Positions 50,101 through 62,620 of a DNA stretch of 64,000 bases are shown in pieces. Source of the DNA: Candidatus Bathyarchaeota archaeon. GTDB taxonomy: Archaea > Thermoproteota > Bathyarchaeia > Bathyarchaeales > Bathycorpusculaceae. A program made the translations under genes and the position numbers. The notes under the pieces are model-generated. The model saw only the letters and a program-made list of their open reading frames with translations. It was not told where the DNA came from and searched no databases. Position 1 is the stretch's first letter, and every line of letters starts with the position of its first letter. The stretch spans positions 2,176,001-2,240,000 of the forward strand of contig OY970340.1 of assembly GCA_963717465.1 (NCBI GenBank), given 5' to 3'.

Positions 50101-52737
50101 TCAACGTACACTTATACTAACCCACTTTTAGGATCAGGCTCCAGCGAACGATGGGACACCAGCAGCGCAACAGGAACCGCAAGCGCCACAGGCACAATAA
50201 TCGAGCCCTACTATAACCAGTTTAGTGTTACGTTTGGTTATGGTGACCAAGACTCGAGCACGATAACAAGCGGCAGCCAGATCGGCTCATACTACCAGTT
50301 CGGCGCATCCATAGCCATTAACGCAGGATCTTCCTATGGAGTTACGAGCCCTGCTTCTGCATGGGTTGATGCCGGCAGCAATATGGTTAGTTATCAGACT
50401 TTCACTTCTGGCTCCCAAAGATGGGCCCTATCATCATCACCCGCAACCTTCACAGTAAGCTCCTCAACAACAATCTCCGACACCAACTTCTACCACCAAT
50501 ACAACGTTCCATTCGCCTACACAACCAACGACGGCTCAACCATTAAGAGCCAAACAAACCTGGTTGCCTACACGCAATTCGGCAACGTATTACATCTGTC
50601 CACTAACTCAGCAGGTACGCTTTCCCTTTCCAGTGACTGGGCTGACGCTGGCACCTCCATTACTTACGTTTCGCCCATTTCAATCTCAGGCACCGAGAGG
50701 TACATAATTGCATCAAGCGACAGCGGCATTCACACGGTGATTTCATCCGTTGCTTCCGGCGCAAATGCTAATCCCACATATTATCATCAGTTTACGGTTA
50801 CGTTTGGTTATGGTGACCAAGACTCGAGCACGATAACAAGCGGCAGCCAGATCGGCTCATACTACCAGTTCGGCGCATCCATAGCCATTAACGCAGGATC
50901 TTCCTATGGAGTTACGAGCCCTGCTTCTGCATGGGTTGATGCCGGCAGCAATATGGTTAGTTATCAGACTTTCACTTCTGGCTCCCAAAGATGGGCCCTA
51001 TCATCATCACCCGCAACCTTCACAGTAAGCTCCTCAACAACAATCTCCGACACCAACTTCTACCACCAATACACGGTTACGTTTGGTTATGGTGACCAAG
51101 ACTCGAGCACGATAACAAGCGGCAGCCAGATCGGCTCATACTACCAGTTCGGCGCATCCATAGCCATTAACGCAGGATCTTCCTATGGAGTTACGAGCCC
51201 TGCTTCTGCATGGGTTGATGCCGGCAGTGGTAAAGTCACGTACCAGACTTTCACTTCTGGCTCCCAAAGATGGGCCCTATCATCATCACCCGCAACCTTC
51301 ACAGTAAGCTCCTCAACAACAATCTCCGACACCAACTTCTACCACCAATACAACGTTCCATTCGCCTACACAACCAACGACGGCTCAACCATTAAGAGCC
51401 AAACAAACCTGGTTGCCTACACGCAATTCGGCAACGTATTACATCTGTCCACTAACTCAGCAGGTACGCTTTCCCTTTCCAGTGACTGGGCTGACGCTGG
51501 CACCTCCATTACTTACGTTTCGCCCATTTCAATCTCAGGCACCGAGAGGTACATAATTGCATCAAGCGACAGCGGCATTCACACGGTGATTTCATCCGTT
51601 GCTTCCGGCGCAAATGCTAATCCCACATATTATCATCAGTTTACGGTTACGTTTGGTTATGGTGACCAAGACTCGAGCACGATAACAAGCGGCAGCCAGA
51701 TCGGCTCATACTACCAGTTCGGCGCATCCATAGCCATTAACGCAGGATCTTCCTATGGAGTTACGAGCCCTGCTTCTGCATGGGTTGATGCCGGCAGCAA
51801 TATGGTTAGTTATCAGACTTTCACTTCTGGCTCCCAAAGATGGGCCCTATCATCATCACCCGCAACCTTCACAGTAAGCTCCTCAACAACAATCTCCGAC
51901 ACCAACTTCTACCACCAATACACGGTTACGTTTGGTTATGGTGACCAAGACTCGAGCACGATAACAAGCGGCAGCCAGATCGGCTCATACTACCAGTTCG
52001 GCGCATCCATAGCCATTAACGCAGGATCTTCCTATGGAGTTACGAGCCCTGCTTCTGCATGGGTTGATGCCGGCAGTGGTAAAGTCACGTACCAGACTTT
52101 CACTTCTGGCTCCCAAAGATGGGCCCTATCATCATCACCCGCAACCTTCACAGTAAGCTCCTCAACAACAATCTCCGACACCAACTTCTACCACCAATAC
52201 AACGTTCCATTCGCCTACACAACCAACGACGGCTCAACCATTAAGAGCCAAACAAACCTGGTTGCCTACACGCAATTCGGCAACGTATTACATCTGTCCA
52301 CTAACTCAGCAGGCGCACTTTCCTTGTCGAGCGACTGGGCTGACGCTAGTACTTCTGTTAGTTATGTTTCACCTATCGCGATTTCAGGAAGCGAGAGATA
52401 CATGATTGCGTCAGGCGACAGTGGCACTCATACAGTGATTTCATCCGTTGCTTCTGGTGCTAGTGCTGACCCTGAGTATTATCACCAATACCAACTAACC
52501 GTTACTGCAACAACAGGGTATACGGGCGGGACTTTCAGAATAACGTATACAGAGTTCGGGACGACGTATACAAACCAGCAGGAGACCACAACATGGTCTT
52601 CATGGGCTGACGCTGGAACAACGGCAACTGCTAGCAGTGCACAAAGTAGAGTAAACGGAGTCTATTTCACAGGTTATACGCCGTCATCTGGCTCAGTAAC
52701 TATGAATCAAGCTCAGACAATAACACTAAACTACTAA
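47127..52737 (+). CDS. Giant pilin-adhesin (~1870 aa) split by frameshifts near 47668 and 49155
   Basis: KKG/ISTIFG class III signal; the gaps 47670-47906 and 49157-49458 are open in the downstream frames; IPT/Ig-like repeats, then 93/97-aa repeats. Confidence 0.75.
50227..52490 (+). repeat. Hierarchical intragenic repeats A-B-A-A-B-A-A-B' (A 279 bp, B 291 bp; 849-bp higher-order period)
   Basis: A units start at 50227, 50797, 51076, 51646 and 51925; near-identical at DNA level. Confidence 0.92.
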
Positions 52738-53174
52738 AGACTAAGTTCAACAGTCTTTTTTTTAATATTTTAAAACTTTAAAGGCCGGCTACTATCTTTT
52801 CTTTATACCAAGATTAAACTTTGGCCTCAGCCAGTAGGCTAAGTACTCTGACTTGGCAAGTCTTGTCACAGCAATTAAGACCATGAATTCGTTGTGGTTA
52901 AAGTTTTTCTTAATTCAAAAAGTATGATACCCAGGAACGTATTCAATTTACAGACTGCTTACTGTATAGAAAGTTCAACAAGCGAATAAGAATAAGAAAA
53001 TAAAAAAAGAAAATCACAAAAAAACATGAATTAATTTGTGGATTTTAATGTTTACCCATTCAAAGCCGCCAAGTTTGAGGGATAGGGGCTGGATTAAAGA
53101 AAGAATTAGAGCTGCACTATCTTGGTACCATTCTATCAATTATTACAATATAAGCAAGGTTGAATAGATGCATA

Positions 53175-53843
53175 CTAAGTTATAGTTAGTGTTATATCTA
53201 AATCTCCACTATTAAAGCTGCCACTGCCACTTGTTTGTATTTGTTCTAAAGTTTGGAAAGGTACATTTATGACGAATGGAGATGTGCCTGTAACCGGCGA
53301 AGAGGGGTTTGCAACGTTTACGCCTGTGATTATAATTGCGCTGTCATTTACAAAAATCTGAATAGATCCATTACAATACCCATATCCAAAAGCGCTTGCG
53401 TCTCCGCAGTTATAGGAAAAGAATGTGCCATTGTAAAATGTTATCGACCAAATTGGCTGTTGAATAGCTAAATTAGTATCATTATATGCCTCAATATTTA
53501 ATCCGTCGTATCCATCAGCCATGGTATTATTCAAGGTAAGTAAATAGGAAGATGAAGCAGTCTCATTCCAAAAGTCTGTATCGCCACTAGCCATTGTTGA
53601 CCAATCAACTATGTGTGTGGAACTATTTGATGGTGTTGTAGTTGAGGTTGGCGTCGCTGTTGGTATAGGGCTAGCGGTAGGGGATGCAGTAGGTGTAGTT
53701 TCAGGTGACTGATTAGATGATGAAGATGTTTGGAGAGCAATAAATACTGCAACCACACTTCCCACAATAAGAATTATGACTAATACGACAACAAGTATTC
53801 TTTTTGGCCCTAATTTTGAAGTCAAATGCATTTGTATTTTCAC
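53175..53843 (-). CDS. Membrane-anchored protein with Pro/Thr linker
   Basis: N-terminal TM, TPTASPT linker, beta-rich C-terminal domain. Confidence 0.65.
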   Translation of the reverse strand: MKIQMHLTSKLGPKRILVVVLVIILIVGSVVAVFIALQTSSSSNQSPETTPTASPTASPIPTATPTSTTTPSNSSTHIVDWSTMASGDTDFWNETASSSYLLTLNNTMADGYDGLNIEAYNDTNLAIQQPIWSITFYNGTFFSYNCGDASAFGYGYCNGSIQIFVNDSAIIITGVNVANPSSPVTGTSPFVINVPFQTLEQIQTSGSGSFNSGDLDITLTIT

Positions 53844-54025
53844 GTCTTTAAGTTTTTTAAAATCTATCTTTCTTGTTTATTAGTTTTTACGAATTTCTAC
53901 TCAATATTAGAAAGATACGTTCCCTTAGAAAATGCATTGACTATTCTGCTGCTACTAAATGTTAAGCCAATAAAATTACTTAGTTTATATTGACTCTTAA
54001 AGAATTTAATCATGGAGACGCTTAA

Positions 54026-55645
54026 TTGAAGCTGTGGAAACTCGGAAAAAAGGAGCAAGCGCTACAAACTCAGAATGAGACTCCAATTTTAAATGGGAAT
54101 AACCAGCTGCAAACCTTGGAGATGCCAAAAGAAACAAAGACTTCGGATGTTCCTGAAACTTACAAAGAGCATTATCCTCTTTTGCTTCCTTTTTCTTATG
54201 CAGCAATTGTTGAAGACGAAAAAAACGAACTAAAATATTCTCTTCTAGAGCCAACATTAACAGAATTAGATAAACAATTGTTAGATGAGCTAAAAAATAT
54301 TCTTTGGGATGAACTTTCAATTAATATAAAAAGTTTAAAAGATCCGCAATGCAGCCGAAGAATTCTTAAAATATAAAATTTTGGAAACAGCAGTAAAATA
54401 TCGACATAAATGTTGACGGCAAAACACTTGGCAAATATCAGTATTACATTACCCGAGACTTCTTAGGTTTTGGAAAAATAGATGGAATAATGAGAGACGA
54501 AAACATTGAAGACGTCTCATGCGATGGTATTAACTCACCAGTGTTTGTTTGGCACCGCAAATATGAATCCATACCATCAAACATAGTATTTGAAACACCT
54601 CAAGAACTAGAAAACTTTGTCTTCAAACTTGCTTATCTTTGCGGCAGGCACATCTCCATCGCACAGCCAATCCTTGATGGAACATTAAATGATGGCAGCC
54701 GAGCCCAAGTAACATATGGAACAGAAGTAACACCTAAAGGCAGCACATTCACAATAAGAAAATTCAAGAAAACCCCTCTCACAATCACCGACTTAATAAT
54801 ATACAAGGCATTATCACCTGAAATCGCAGCTTATTACTGGTTCATTAATAGAAAACAGACACTCAGTCATGATTGGCGGCGACATCGGCGGAGGAAAAAC
54901 CTCAATGCTCAACGCCATCAGCCTTTTCATTAGACCAACACTAAAAATAGTAAGCATCGAAGACACACAAGAAATACGTTTACCTCATCAAAACTGGGAA
55001 ATGATGGTTACAAGACAAGGCTTAGGCACAGGCGCAGGAGCAGTAGGTGAAGCCGGAATCGGCAGCATCAGCATGTTCGACCTACTTACGAGCGGCACTA
55101 AGACAAAGACCAGACTTCATCATTGTAGGCGAAATCCGAGGCGAAGAAGCTTACGCGTTATTCCAAGCCATGGCAACAGGACACTTAGGATTAACAACCA
55201 TACACGCTGAACATGTACAAGGAGTCCTGCACCGACTAACAACAAAACCAATGAACATTCCACAAACTCAAGTGAAAACTTAAATGCAATCTCAATCGTC
55301 CGCAGACTAGTCGTAAACAACGTTTCCTTAAGACGAACCATAAGCGTCTCAGAAATGGTTGGTTGGGACAAAGAAAAAGATGACTTTCAAAATTCAAGAC
55401 ATATTCAAATGGGACGCAGAAAAAGACATTTACGTAAAAATAGGCAGAAGCCCACTGTTAGATAGAATAGCAGCTCAATGGGGATACTCACCAGAAGAAA
55501 TAGATCGAAGAACTAAAAATGAGACAAACAATTCTCGAATACATGGTTAGAAAACACATACGCTCATACGAAGACGTTTCCAAATTAGTGTTAGACTACT
55601 TCTCAAGACCCAGAACAAATATACAGAAAAGCAAAAGTGAGTTAA
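54026..55645 (+). CDS. Type IV pilus/type II secretion assembly ATPase (multiple frameshifts)
   Basis: [50 protein letters not shown] across consecutive ORFs. Confidence 0.88.
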
Positions 55646-55647
55646 GA

Positions 55648-56538
55648 ATGAAGTTCGAACCCTGGACCACAGCATACCAATCTACTTAACAAGAAACTAG
55701 AAAAAGTATATCCGCAATTTCAAGAGCTCCATATTCAACTCAAAAAAGGCGGCGTACTGATAGCATTCAAGGCATACGTTGCCTTCATGGTACTAATTTC
55801 AATAATTGCTTTTGCAGTTGCAATTCCCAGTATCATTTATCATTATTGCCGCTTTTAATCGGTATTCCATTCTTGTCAGTAATGAATTTCTGCATTTAGC
55901 TTAGTTAGCTGCAGTCGTCAGCAGCATTAGTAACATTAATGGTAATGTACATTTATCCTGGAATGAAAGCAAGCAACAGAAACGGACCAATAGACAGAAA
56001 TTTGCCCTACATAGCCAACTTTCTAACTCTTCTTTCAAGCTCAAATGTTCCACCCAGCGTTATTTTCGAATCAATGGCAAAAATTGATACTCTCAAAGAA
56101 GTACGCTTGGAATTCAGCAACATTATAAGAGACATAGGAATCTTTGGCAATGATCTTATGACTTCAATTGTAGAAAATGCCAAACTAACACCCAATGATC
56201 AACTTCGGCGAAATACTTGAAGGTTACGTAGCAACAGTAAGAACGGGCGGAAACCCAACAGAATACCTAAAAATTACAACAGAAACAATAACAAAAGAAC
56301 GAATGGGCAAACTAGACGTGATGCTAGAATCACTTTCAGCAATGGCGGAAATATACATCATGATGCTAGTCGCTGCTCCATTGCTTTTCGTAGTTCTTTT
56401 TGTAACACTTAGGCATGATAGGCAGCGGCACAATTGGCAGGCATGAGCATGGCAACGCTTCTTTACTTGATGACTTACCTTGGAATCCCAATAATGGGTG
56501 CAATAATGATGGTTATAATGTCAACATTCGAAAAGTGA
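55648..56538 (+). CDS. TadC/GspF-like pilus platform membrane protein 1 (frameshifted)
   Basis: IDRNLPY, G.DL, TP, GGN..EYL, AEIY. Confidence 0.75.
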
Positions 56539-56544
56539 GCGCTA

Positions 56545-57384
56545 ATGAAAATAACCAAAAAAACAATAAAACGAATAACAATAATTTCTGCATCAGCAGC
56601 AGTCATTTTCTTCGTTGTTGCATCTATTTTTCTATCTTACTGTCTCCAACATTGGATTATATGATTGTAATCGCCATTAGCAATAGGTGTGGTTCCTCCA
56701 AGCATAGACAAGATAATACATAATCAGATGGAAAATCAAAATTGAAAAAGCAACTCCTGAATTCTTAAGAGACTTAGCAACTGCATCAAGAACAGGAATA
56801 CCACTTGCAAGTAGCCTTAGAACATGCTTCCAAACGAACTGTATGGTCCATTAACAGATGAACTAAAAATATTAGTTGCACACATGAGTTGGGGCATGAA
56901 TTTTAACGAAGCCCTAACAGAATTTAGCTGATAGACTAGATTTACCTTTAATCAAAAAAGCAACAGTTCTAATAAATGAAGCAGGAAAACATGGAGGAGA
57001 CCTTTACAGACATCTTTGACTCAACAGCAAAATACCTTGAAAACATGAATGCGTGGAGCGAAAAAAGAAGACATGCAAACAATTCCATACGTGCTAATAT
57101 TCTACTTCTCAGTATTCATGTTTCTTATTCATAATTATCATTATTTCAAACATGATGTTCGCTCCTCTTAGCCACACAGCAGCAGGCGCAACCTCTTTCA
57201 TAAAGCCAATACTAACAGCAGACTCAATCAAGACGATTATTTCTCCATGCAGCACTACTAGAATCATTATTCGGAGGATTAATTGCAGGAAAAATAAATG
57301 AAGATTCATTTGCTAGACGGATTAAAACACGTAGCAGTTTTAGCAATTGCTTCAGGAATAGCATTCTATTTGTTCCTCCATTAA
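56545..57384 (+). CDS. TadC/GspF-like pilus platform membrane protein 2 (frameshifted)
   Basis: Read by eye across frames: IEKATPEFLRDLA, YGPLTDELK, MSWG, EAGKHGG, FGGLIAGKI, GLKH. Confidence 0.7.
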
Positions 57385-57437
57385 ACAAAAATATAGGACT
57401 AATGTAAAAGCAGTAAAAAGATAGGAAGTCGCGAAAA

Positions 57438-58633
57438 ATGAAGAAAAATCAACGCCAACTTTAAACAGAAACAACAAAGATCAACAAAGCGAGTCAAACT
57501 TCAATCAAAGACAGAAGCATCAAACCTATAGATTTGAATGACAAATATAGAACTTGAGAGAAGAGAAGCATACATTGAACCCGAAAACACGCGAACCTTC
57601 TAAGAGAACTTACTTCAAGGTGAAGAAAAAGATGAAATAATTCCTATTTACACTCCAGGCATTAGGATTTATTTACCAAATAACTAGAAAAGAATCCTAA
57701 TCAAGCTGAAACTGGTCGATATTTCAAAAGAATTCTTAGAAAATCTTGCAAGACTAGATATACTTCACAAAAGATTTTTTGATTCAGTATCAGTTTGTCC
57801 CAGATTGCCAATCAACAATCATGACACTGCATAATCGATGCCCAAAATGCAAAAGCCACAACGTTGATAAAACAAGCTTAACTGAACATATTCCATGCGG
57901 ATTCATCGACCAAAGAAACAAATACATTGGAAATCATTTGCCCAAAATGCGGAGAGCAACTCGATTGAAGGGCAATATAGAAACATGGGTCGCTGGTACA
58001 TATGCCAAGAATGCAGCGAAAGATTCGAAAATCCAGAATTTGACTTATCTGTCGAAACTGCAACAAAAACTTTTGCATATAAAAGAAGCCCAACTAACAG
58101 AAATACCACAAATTTTCACTAAATCTAAAATAGAAAGAAAGAGATAAGGCAGAACGTTGCAAGTCTTAGAAAGCTTTAGAGCAACTTTTGATTGATCTGG
58201 GCTTTAATGTTGAAATTCCTGGAATTGCAGTAGGACAAAAAAGTGGAATGCAACATCATTTCAGTCTTATAGCAAAAAAACAAATCAACAGATCAAGAAA
58301 TGATTATAGCTCTTGATCATGCTAGTAAGCGAACCTGAAGTTTCATCTTCACCGCTAATACTTTATATCTACAAAACTTCCGAAGTAAAAGTTGATATTC
58401 CGATATTTGTTGCGATGCCACAAATAAATGAAACAGCAAAAAAAATAGCTCAAGGACATGACATTCTTCTAATCGAAGGATCAATTTACAAGAAAGAAGA
58501 AATAGAAAGAATAAAGAATGAAATTGAATACAGATTGAATATAAAATCAGTAGAATCACAAGAAGATAAAGCAAAAATCCAGAAATCCTCATTAGCCGAT
58601 AAAATTGGAAAATCATTCAAATTTAAAAAATAA
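57438..58633 (+). CDS. Multi-Zn-ribbon protein (TackOD1-like) with C-terminal nuclease-like domain (frameshifted)
   Basis: CPDC, RCPKC, EHIPCG, CPKC, YICQEC..RF, CRNC; later GQKSG..H.F. Confidence 0.6.
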
Positions 58634-58840
58634 TGGATATTAGACAAATTCACCTGTTCAAAAAAAAAACTATTAAAAACTAAAACCAATTTTCTCGTTT
58701 TAGTGAAGATGCTTTTTCATTTCTTGATATCACGAATTGAAGGATAATTCAAATAGTTAAAATCAAAGCGCTCTTCAAAAAACTGTTAAATCTAAATAAC
58801 AGAATACATTGAAAATGCTTTATAAGGAATATTAAATTCT

Positions 58841-59377
58841 TTACAAATTTGTTTCTGTAAGTACCTCGTTTGTTCGGCTGTTTCCTTGATTTTTCGTTTC
58901 GCCTTCTTCGTATTCTTTACGCGCCATCTTTAGATACTCTACAAAAGATAATTCCATGTCAATCCATTTACTTAGCGAGCAATCAGAATCGATACCTTCA
59001 CAATTGGACTTAATTTTAGAATCCAAATTTTTTATAAATTTTATTTCAAGACGAGAAGCACCTAGCCTAAAAATTTTGTGCATTATATCTGAAAATTCAT
59101 CAATTCTCGTTGGAATTTCATTTTTTGAAATACCAAAATCTCTTTCTAAATGCTCATATATTGTGTTTTTAACGGCTTCCCCTAGAGTCGATAAGGCTTC
59201 ATCAATTGCTTCGACTAAAAAACGATCAAATTGTGCTTGTCTGAGGCTTTGAGCTTGTTCTGTGCCGCTTTCTTCATTCTTTGCAAACTTCGAGAAAGGT
59301 TCTTTGTTTTCGTTAAAATCATTTAAATTAACATAAACGCTTGCAGTTTCTTTTTTCTCTTGAAGCTCATTAACCAT
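58841..59377 (-). CDS. DUF3227-like helical domain protein
   Basis: EAIDEALS.LGE.VK..IY.HLE..FGI...EIP.....F...IF..GA. Confidence 0.55.
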   Translation of the reverse strand: MVNELQEKKETASVYVNLNDFNENKEPFSKFAKNEESGTEQAQSLRQAQFDRFLVEAIDEALSTLGEAVKNTIYEHLERDFGISKNEIPTRIDEFSDIMHKIFRLGASRLEIKFIKNLDSKIKSNCEGIDSDCSLSKWIDMELSFVEYLKMARKEYEEGETKNQGNSRTNEVLTETNL

Positions 59378-59996
59378 TTTTTGGCCTCATATATGTTTTT
59401 TAACTATAATTTCAAATTATAATCTTATTATCGTGAAATACGGTTTTTTGATTTACATTTTAAATACAGGTTTAAAGCGCAGGCCAGCCCGAATGTATCA
59501 TAACACAATCTTATATATAAAGATATAATATACAAAGATATAATATACTCAAAAACTCGAAACTCAACCCCAACAAGAAAAGACGAAGAGGCACAACATC
59601 AGCCGTTAATGAATAAGGCAGCTTCCTAAAAATACAGATTTTAGACTGCATGAAGCTAAAACTCAATTAAGCCTTCTACGCCTTGTCTTATTCAATGGTT
59701 CAGTAACATACCGAATCAAAGCGTTTAGAGTTAAACCGAAAAATAAAAGAATTTTCATGAAAACTAAATCGAACCAATGCTTGATTCTTTTGCTCCGAAC
59801 TCAATCGAAAGCTCAGATACCGAATTATTACATTATTGGATATGTTTTGGGTTTGGTAATTTTGCTTATTAAGAAATGTGTATTAACCTTCAAGAAAGGC
59901 GATACACGAATGAATCCGATTAATCTAAAAATTTGTGGAAAATCTTGCAGTTTTTCAATTAAAAACCATTTGAAAAACCAAAGCAAGAGTGAAAAT

Positions 59997-61994
59997 ATGA
60001 ATAGAGTAAACATCAAACCGTTCAGCGTGGCTTTAATTGCGGCGGTTGTGGGCATTTTGCTCATTGTGTCCTTAACTGCACCGGCCTTAGCTTGCACTGG
60101 TCATGATCCAAAAGTTTCCGTGAACCCAGGTTCATGTGTTATGGATGTTGGTCAATCGCAAACTTTTACTGCAAACGCATCTGGCGGCTCAGGTATCTAT
60201 AAGACATATCAATGGTATGTTGGATCTTCTGAAGTTCAATGCGGAGCTGCAAACTCTTACAATTATACAGCTTTGGCTGCTGGCTCTTACTCAATTACTG
60301 TGAAAGTCACCGACAGTTGGGGTGAGACATCAAATCTTGCCGCACCAGCAGTGGTCACAGTTGATTCTGCCCTTTCAATTGCGGTTCAACCCGCTTCTAC
60401 CACGAGTGATGCAGGTCAGCAAGTATCATTGTCGTCCACAGTTGTTGGAGGCGCAGGATCATTCTCATGGCAATGGTATGATGAGAACGGTGCAATTTCA
60501 GGTGCTTCAGGAGCAGGAACAATTGCCACTTGTGCCTTTTCAAGTTCAGATGCTGGGATCTACGTGACATTTACTGATGTGGGAACAGGTTCCGCGACTC
60601 CAGAGCTGACAGCTACTTCTAACGTAGTATCAGTGACAGTAAATGATTTACCAACCGTAAGCATTGATGTTGGTCAAACTTTAGACGTCGGACAAAGCCA
60701 GACCTTCACCGCAACCGTAACTGGCGGAACAGGCCCATTCAACTACCAATGGTACCTCAACGGCAACCCAGTCGAAACAAACAGCCCAACATACACTTAT
60801 ACAGCAGTTGCAGGAGATGAACAATCAGGAGCAAGCATCTACGTCAACATAACCGACAGCTTCCAAAACAACGCCACATCAAACACAACAACAGTCACAG
60901 TAAACCCCCTACCGACTGTAAGCATCAACATTGGCCAAAGTAGTCAAACCTTGGATATTGGTCAAAACCAGACCTTCACCGCAACCGTAACTGGCGGAAC
61001 AGGCCCATTCAACTACCAATGGTACCTCAACGGCAACCCAGTCGAAACAAACAGCCCAACATACACTTATACAGCAGTTGCAGGAGATGAACAATCAGGA
61101 GCAAGCATCTACGTCAACATAACCGACAGCTTCCAAAACAACGCCACATCAAACACAACAACAGTCACAGTAAACCCCCTACCGACTGTAAGCATCAACA
61201 TTGGCCAAAGTAGTCAAACCTTGGATATTGGTCAAAACCAGACCTTCACCGCAACCGTAACTGGCGGAACAGGCCCATTCAACTACCAATGGTACCTCAA
61301 CGGCAACCCAGTCGAAACAAACAGCCCAACATACACTTATACAGCAGTTGCAGGAGATGAACAATCAGGAGCAAGCATCTACGTCAACATAACCGACAGC
61401 TTCCAAAACAACGCCACATCAAACACAACAACAGTCACAGTCAATGCTGTTACTCAATCTCAAACAGGAACTGGCTCTACCTCAACAGGAACTGGCTCTA
61501 CCTCAACAGGAACTGGCTCTACCTCAACAGGAACTGGCTCTACCTCAACAGGAACTGGCTCTACCTCAACAGGAACTGGCTCTACCTCAACAGGAACTGG
61601 CTCTACCTCAACAGGAACTGGCTCTACCTCACAAACGCCTTCAACAAGCTTATTCACGGTAGGATTGCTGGCACTGATAATATTCTTAATAGCCTTATTA
61701 GCAGCTTTATTGTTGACTCGGCGCAGAAAAAACAAGAAAAACAATGTATCTTCAACTGCACCATCAGAACAAACAATTGAAAAAATCAATGAAGGCAATG
61801 CAGGTTCAAATGTGCCTTTAGAACAAACAATTGAAAAAATCAATGAAGGCAATGCAGGTTCAAATGTGCCTTTAGAACAAACAATTGAAAAAATCAATGA
61901 AGGCAATGCAGGTTCAAATGTGCCTTTAGAACAAACAATTGAAAAAATCAATGAAGACTCGAATCCAAGTCCAGAAAAAAATAATCTTCCTTAA
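59997..61994 (+). CDS. Single-pass surface protein with PKD/Ig-like repeats, Ser/Thr/Gly linker and repetitive cytoplasmic tail
   Basis: Signal peptide, DVGQSQTFTA...GG..P..YQWY repeats, TM + RRRK; start likely 59997. Confidence 0.85.
   Translation: MNRVNIKPFSVALIAAVVGILLIVSLTAPALACTGHDPKVSVNPGSCVMDVGQSQTFTANASGGSGIYKTYQWYVGSSEVQCGAANSYNYTALAAGSYSITVKVTDSWGETSNLAAPAVVTVDSALSIAVQPASTTSDAGQQVSLSSTVVGGAGSFSWQWYDENGAISGASGAGTIATCAFSSSDAGIYVTFTDVGTGSATPELTATSNVVSVTVNDLPTVSIDVGQTLDVGQSQTFTATVTGGTGPFNYQWYLNGNPVETNSPTYTYTAVAGDEQSGASIYVNITDSFQNNATSNTTTVTVNPLPTVSINIGQSSQTLDIGQNQTFTATVTGGTGPFNYQWYLNGNPVETNSPTYTYTAVAGDEQSGASIYVNITDSFQNNATSNTTTVTVNPLPTVSINIGQSSQTLDIGQNQTFTATVTGGTGPFNYQWYLNGNPVETNSPTYTYTAVAGDEQSGASIYVNITDSFQNNATSNTTTVTVNAVTQSQTGTGSTSTGTGSTSTGTGSTSTGTGSTSTGTGSTSTGTGSTSTGTGSTSTGTGSTSQTPSTSLFTVGLLALIIFLIALLAALLLTRRRKNKKNNVSSTAPSEQTIEKINEGNAGSNVPLEQTIEKINEGNAGSNVPLEQTIEKINEGNAGSNVPLEQTIEKINEDSNPSPEKNNLP
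60698..61441 (+). repeat. 270-bp tandem repeat (~2.75 copies; 90-aa Ig-like domain)
   Basis: Units start at 60698, 60968 and 61238; identical by eye. Confidence 0.92.
61464..61631 (+). repeat. 21-bp perfect tandem repeat x8 (ACAGGAACTGGCTCTACCTCA; TGTGSTS)
   Basis: 168 bp = 8 units. Confidence 0.95.
61767..61956 (+). repeat. 54-bp tandem repeat x3.5 (EQTIEKINEGNAGSNVPL)
   Basis: Units at 61767, 61821, 61875 and partial at 61929. Confidence 0.92.
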
Positions 61995-62101
61995 TTTTTT
62001 TATATTTTTTAAACTTAGCAGGCAAAGATCTTTCTTAAACATGAATTAACTTGAAACATTAATTTAGAGATAAAGCTAATGCCCTTTTGCTTTTTAACAA
62101 T

Positions 62102-62341
62102 TTAGACATAGCTGAGAATAAAGCGCCCAAACATAAATGCGAAATAAGCTACGCCGACACCAGTTAAAGCGAGTTCGGACGATAGAATTAAGGGATTCTG
62201 TTCTATCCCTCTGAAATAACCGAATCTTAATATGTCCGTAAAAACTGTTCCTTGCAGAAAAAGGGCTCCTCCAATACTGCTCAAGCCAAGACTATGGAGT
62301 ATAGTGCTCATTTTTTTATTGATCTTGGGCAAGTTTGCCAT
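62102..62341 (-). CDS. Small two-TM membrane protein
   Basis: Two hydrophobic helices separated by GYF.GIE.NP.IL..E. Confidence 0.6.
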   Translation of the reverse strand: MANLPKINKKMSTILHSLGLSSIGGALFLQGTVFTDILRFGYFRGIEQNPLILSSELALTGVGVAYFAFMFGRFILSYV

Positions 62342-62620
62342 TTTTCTCTACCTTCAACCTGTAGTATATATTATGTTTTACTACGCAATTAAACTCTAAT
62401 TAAGTCTTATGAACTAAGAATATAAAACTGAAATCTTGAGCCGGGGCGAGTTATCCTTTCTTCGCCTTTAATTGTTAAAGCGCATATTTTGCAATTAATC
62501 ATTTTATTTCAAGCTTGCATAGCATCCGCTAGCACTTAAAAACACTGCCGAAAAAAAGAGAGATGAAAGCTTATTCGAAAAACAGAAGACTTGAGTAAAT
62601 TATATCAAGTTGAGGTTGGT

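Noticed and set aside
50227..52490. Repeat variants as a diversity-generating retroelement TR/VR pair
   Set aside because: Differences are block alleles, not adenine-specific, and no reverse transcriptase is present
54026..58633. Dense frameshifts in pilus genes (and in cobD, apgM, btuD, DUF71, U32) as pseudogenisation or programmed frameshifting
   Set aside because: Single-base indels hit many unrelated, otherwise intact genes, which fits uncorrected long-read errors; read mapping is needed before any biological claim
61464..61631. Tandem repeats as a CRISPR array
   Set aside because: No unique spacers; in-frame coding repeats; no cas genes
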